DNA from: Thalia democratica
Taxonomy: Eukaryota
Assembly (NCBI GenBank): GCA_965202585.1
Contig: OZ241829.1
Location: 14,880,001-14,944,000 of the forward strand
DNA length: 64,000 nucleotides
Reading direction: 5' to 3'
The position numbers and the translations under genes were made by a program. Position 1 is the stretch's first letter; each line of letters starts with the position of its first letter. A model generated the notes under the pieces. It was not told the DNA's origin. It saw only the letters and a program-made list of their open reading frames with translations, and made no database searches. Of this stretch, positions 60,910 to 64,000 are shown piece after piece.

Positions 60910-63500
60910 TTGAAAAACTGCCAATGAAATGTATTATGCTCTTTAAATACTACAGGGGAAGTTGATGGAACGTCTTTAATTGTAGTATACAAAATTTAAG
61001 TTTTCTGAGTCTTTTTTATTATTTGCTTTTTTTGCTATGTTAAATATCTAAACTACTTTGTTTATCTAACCAACAACATACTTTCTTTAAAAAACTATAA
61101 AAAAGTTTTATGACTGCATGAAGAAACCGAAGGTTCCAACTTATCTGAAATGATGAATGGATGTTAATGGATTTCATAGATGTTGATGGAATAATGAGAG
61201 TCTTATTTGCAATGATATAGGTGTGTAGATGGTATAGAAGCTTTTAATCGTTTTAAAGTAGTTTGAATTAATTAAAAGTTTAAACTAATAAAATTAAAGT
61301 AGCTTAATAACCCCGACAAGTTTCCTGGAATTCCAGGTCCAATTATTCGGGTGAAAACTTGAGTTAAAAAACACTATCAAAATAGATTAGAGTTATCTGA
61401 TTAGTTACTGTGACAGTGTGTATATTGGCAGAACGTCTTAGAAATTCCATATAAGAAGGGACCATCACGTTTTTAATTCCCTCAAAAGATGGATGGACAT
61501 TTGTTTAAAAAAACCATCTAATAGATCATCAGCGATTGCCGCACACTTATTAAACAATTCAGATTGTGCAAAGAACTATAGTGATAGTAACTTTTCAATT
61601 TTAGGTAAATCTCGTAATGATTATCATTTAAGTTTTTTAGAATCTTTATTTACAAAAACATGCAAACCTAATTTGTGTAAGCAACAATACGTTTACAAAT
61701 CTAATCTTTATAATATAGATTAAAATAAAAGATAGATCGTTATAGATTAAATTAAAAGAAAATAATAAAGAATTTTTTTTGTAAATTTTGTCGCTTATTT
61801 TAGTGTTTGTTTTTTTTTTTTTTCATTTTTATTGTTGCTTATTTTAGTTAATTACTGATCAACTGTTTTATATATGTATTTATGAATTGTGAATGTCTAA
61901 TTAGTTTTTCGCTCAATTATGCTAATTAGTGGTAATTGATTTTTTCTGATGTAACCTCTAACTATTTATTTACTCAAAATAAGTTGCTAACAAAAAAAGT
62001 TGAAAAGCGTTAGCCGAAATCGATTTTATTTGTTGTTTGCTTTAATAAAAGATGTTTATGAATGAATATTGTCTTAGATTTTTGTACAAGTTATCTGATT
62101 GTTAAAAAACTGTAAAAAAAAACTCTTGCAGTATTGTTATAAAGTTAAATAATCTAGCTGCAGATATATCAATTTGATAAAAATAAATTTGAGAAATGTA
62201 AGAAATAATACTATTAGTACAAAAGAAAAAAAGGAAATCAAGTTGAACACTAAATAATAAGCAATGACGAAATCAACATCGAACCTTGAAACCTTGAAAC
62301 GAATTTGATACCCAAGTATTGGTTTGTAGTTTTCTAATTTTATAGTCTGTAATTTTCGTTTAAAGACTATGCATACAATTTTTCCGAAATCGTAAAAAAA
62401 TAAAATCTTGACAGGAAATTTAAGAGTCTACATCGCTAAAGGCTATTTTATTTGTACTTGTGCCGTGACTATCTTAAATTCTAAACAATTGGTTCAAAGG
62501 GAATTGCAACTAAAAAGCGAAGATAATGATGATTCGTCTTAAAGTGTCTTTACAGATTGGATAATCACATTTGAGTGATGATACCACTGAAAATGATGGC
62601 AGTTTGAAACGGCCGTTGATTCACATTCTTAATTCAATATATCTTTTTCATAAAAGCATTTAAAATTCTAGTATTGAGATTACAAAATTGATGTTCTCTT
62701 TTTTAACAACAAAAACTGTATACTAAAAAGTTCTGTGTTGCAAGGAGAAAAAATTTGGCGACATTGAAAAAAAATATTTACTTTAAGTTTCTTAACAAAA
62801 CCTTAATAAATCTATAACAGGTTCCTTAAACTTCTACAACATCAGTTGAATATACAGTGTTCGTAAACAGCTGTAATTTAAGCTAAAATTGCAATGCATC
62901 TTACTATACATGGAAACATGGCCACTAGTACATGTCTTATTATTATAGTACATTGCTTAAAAAGTTGATTAATGCTTGGACGTTCATTTTGCACATCTTT
63001 CAAGAACAAATGTACTGCAGTAGTGAAGAGCATTCTCATGCCAATGTGCACAAAATACTTTTACAAGACATTGGCTGTACAGCACTTTTAATTTTTGATG
63101 ATGAGGCTACAGATAAGGCTGGTCACAAGTGTTACTTTGGTTAGCTTTTAAAAATACAGTTATCTATATAATTATTCATTTAAATCTGAGTTTCTAAACT
63201 CATTTTTATAATTCCCAACCTGACAAAAAGTTTGAAAACAATCAACCCTTTTCAAATTATTACCTCCTGCTCTAAGGGTCAACGTTGCCTATTTTGAAAA
63301 ATCCGGGTTTAAAAAGTATTTAGTCAAAAGTAAAAATTAAGTAATAAAATAATTCTAGGTATTGTTATAAAATACATTAGTTTAAAAGAAAAGTCTAAAA
63401 TATACATTTGTAAATTTTAAAGATTTAGAAAAAGGAACAGGGCGGGCAATGACACAAGCTGTTGAAGACGTTTTTCAAATTGATAACTTACAAGTAGAAA
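60910..63500 (+). repeat. Diverged duplicate of about 5580-7370 (module X + SET copy 5 + hAT subfamily A)
   Basis: Collinear with the 5.6-7.4 kb block; SET intron 62322-62414; RT.CTAVVKSILMPMC...DEATDKAGH...TQAVEDVFQ. Confidence 0.9.
61403..62100 (+). mobile_element. 5'-truncated Penelope/Poseidon-type insertion (GIY-YIG tail) with 12-bp TSD
   Basis: AGTTATCTGATT at 61391-61402 and 62089-62100; single AGTTATCTGA at the paralogous empty site 5961-5970; reads CDSVYIGRTS...SAIAAHLL...FSILG...LESLF..KPNLCKQ. Confidence 0.85.
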
Positions 63501-64000
63501 ATAACAGATATCTAAAGCAAATTAACATTTTTCAATGCAAAAGCAATTATTAACATTTTAATAACTGTATAATAAAATTAGAGGATAACGAGAGTAAGTG
63601 TTGAAACAGAAAGCAAAGAACATTGTTGAGTAAGTATTTTAATGTATTGATAAAAATAATCGGTCCAACACTTTTTAATTTAAAAATGCCGTTTTTGGTT
63701 AAAATTCAGTTAATTTTAAATTTTTGTCCATTGAAGGTTAAACAAGAATATATAGAAACTAAAAACAAAGTAAAGGGAACAAAAGTAAATAAGTCCAGAG
63801 ATTCTGCTAGAAATTGGAAAATCTACCCCTTATTAAACATAAATAAACAACTAATTATAGTTCGTTGAAGGAACACTTAAATTATTTGCACCTACATTCT
63901 CATTAGTTGTTTTTAAAATTATAAAAAAAAAGTGTTAACTCTGTTTTTCTTTTGCAAGTCCTACTGTTTTGCAACTCTCAGAGTGTAAATACATTATTGA

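Noticed and set aside
61946-62026. Possible hammerhead (CTGATGT...CGAAATCGATT) in the PLE insert; similar weak motif near 60200-60240
   Set aside because: The core deviates from CUGANGA and I could not build convincing stems I and II.

Overview
Very AT-rich animal genomic DNA. The base composition, element families and Kelch/lectin gene types fit a cnidarian such as Hydra (inference). Two probable host genes are present: a Kelch-repeat ORF (39.3-40.3 kb, +) and a complete 4-exon secreted C-type lectin (50.5-52.8 kb, -). The rest is an accessory graveyard. (1) A decayed 2.4-kb endogenous viral element from a phenuivirus-like bunyavirus L (RdRp) gene lies at about 22.6-24.9 kb. (2) A repeated, rearranged multi-gene unit (intron-containing SET-domain gene, OTU/vertnin-like protease domain, hAT-type transposase, unknown modules) fills 0.5-21 kb, with further copies at 47.6-48.1 and 60.9-63.5 kb. 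(3) An intact Penelope-like element (RT + GIY-YIG) carries inverted hammerhead-ribozyme repeats and a TSD; several decayed PLEs and one stand-alone hammerhead are also present. (4) There is a young 5'-truncated CR1-group LINE. (5) A 5-kb 18-bp satellite flips orientation repeatedly and contains an old foldback and a near-perfect 200-bp hairpin. (6) Several hAT, pogo-like and other MITEs are scattered through the window. All family assignments come from motif recognition by eye, no searches were run, and boundaries of decayed features are approximate.
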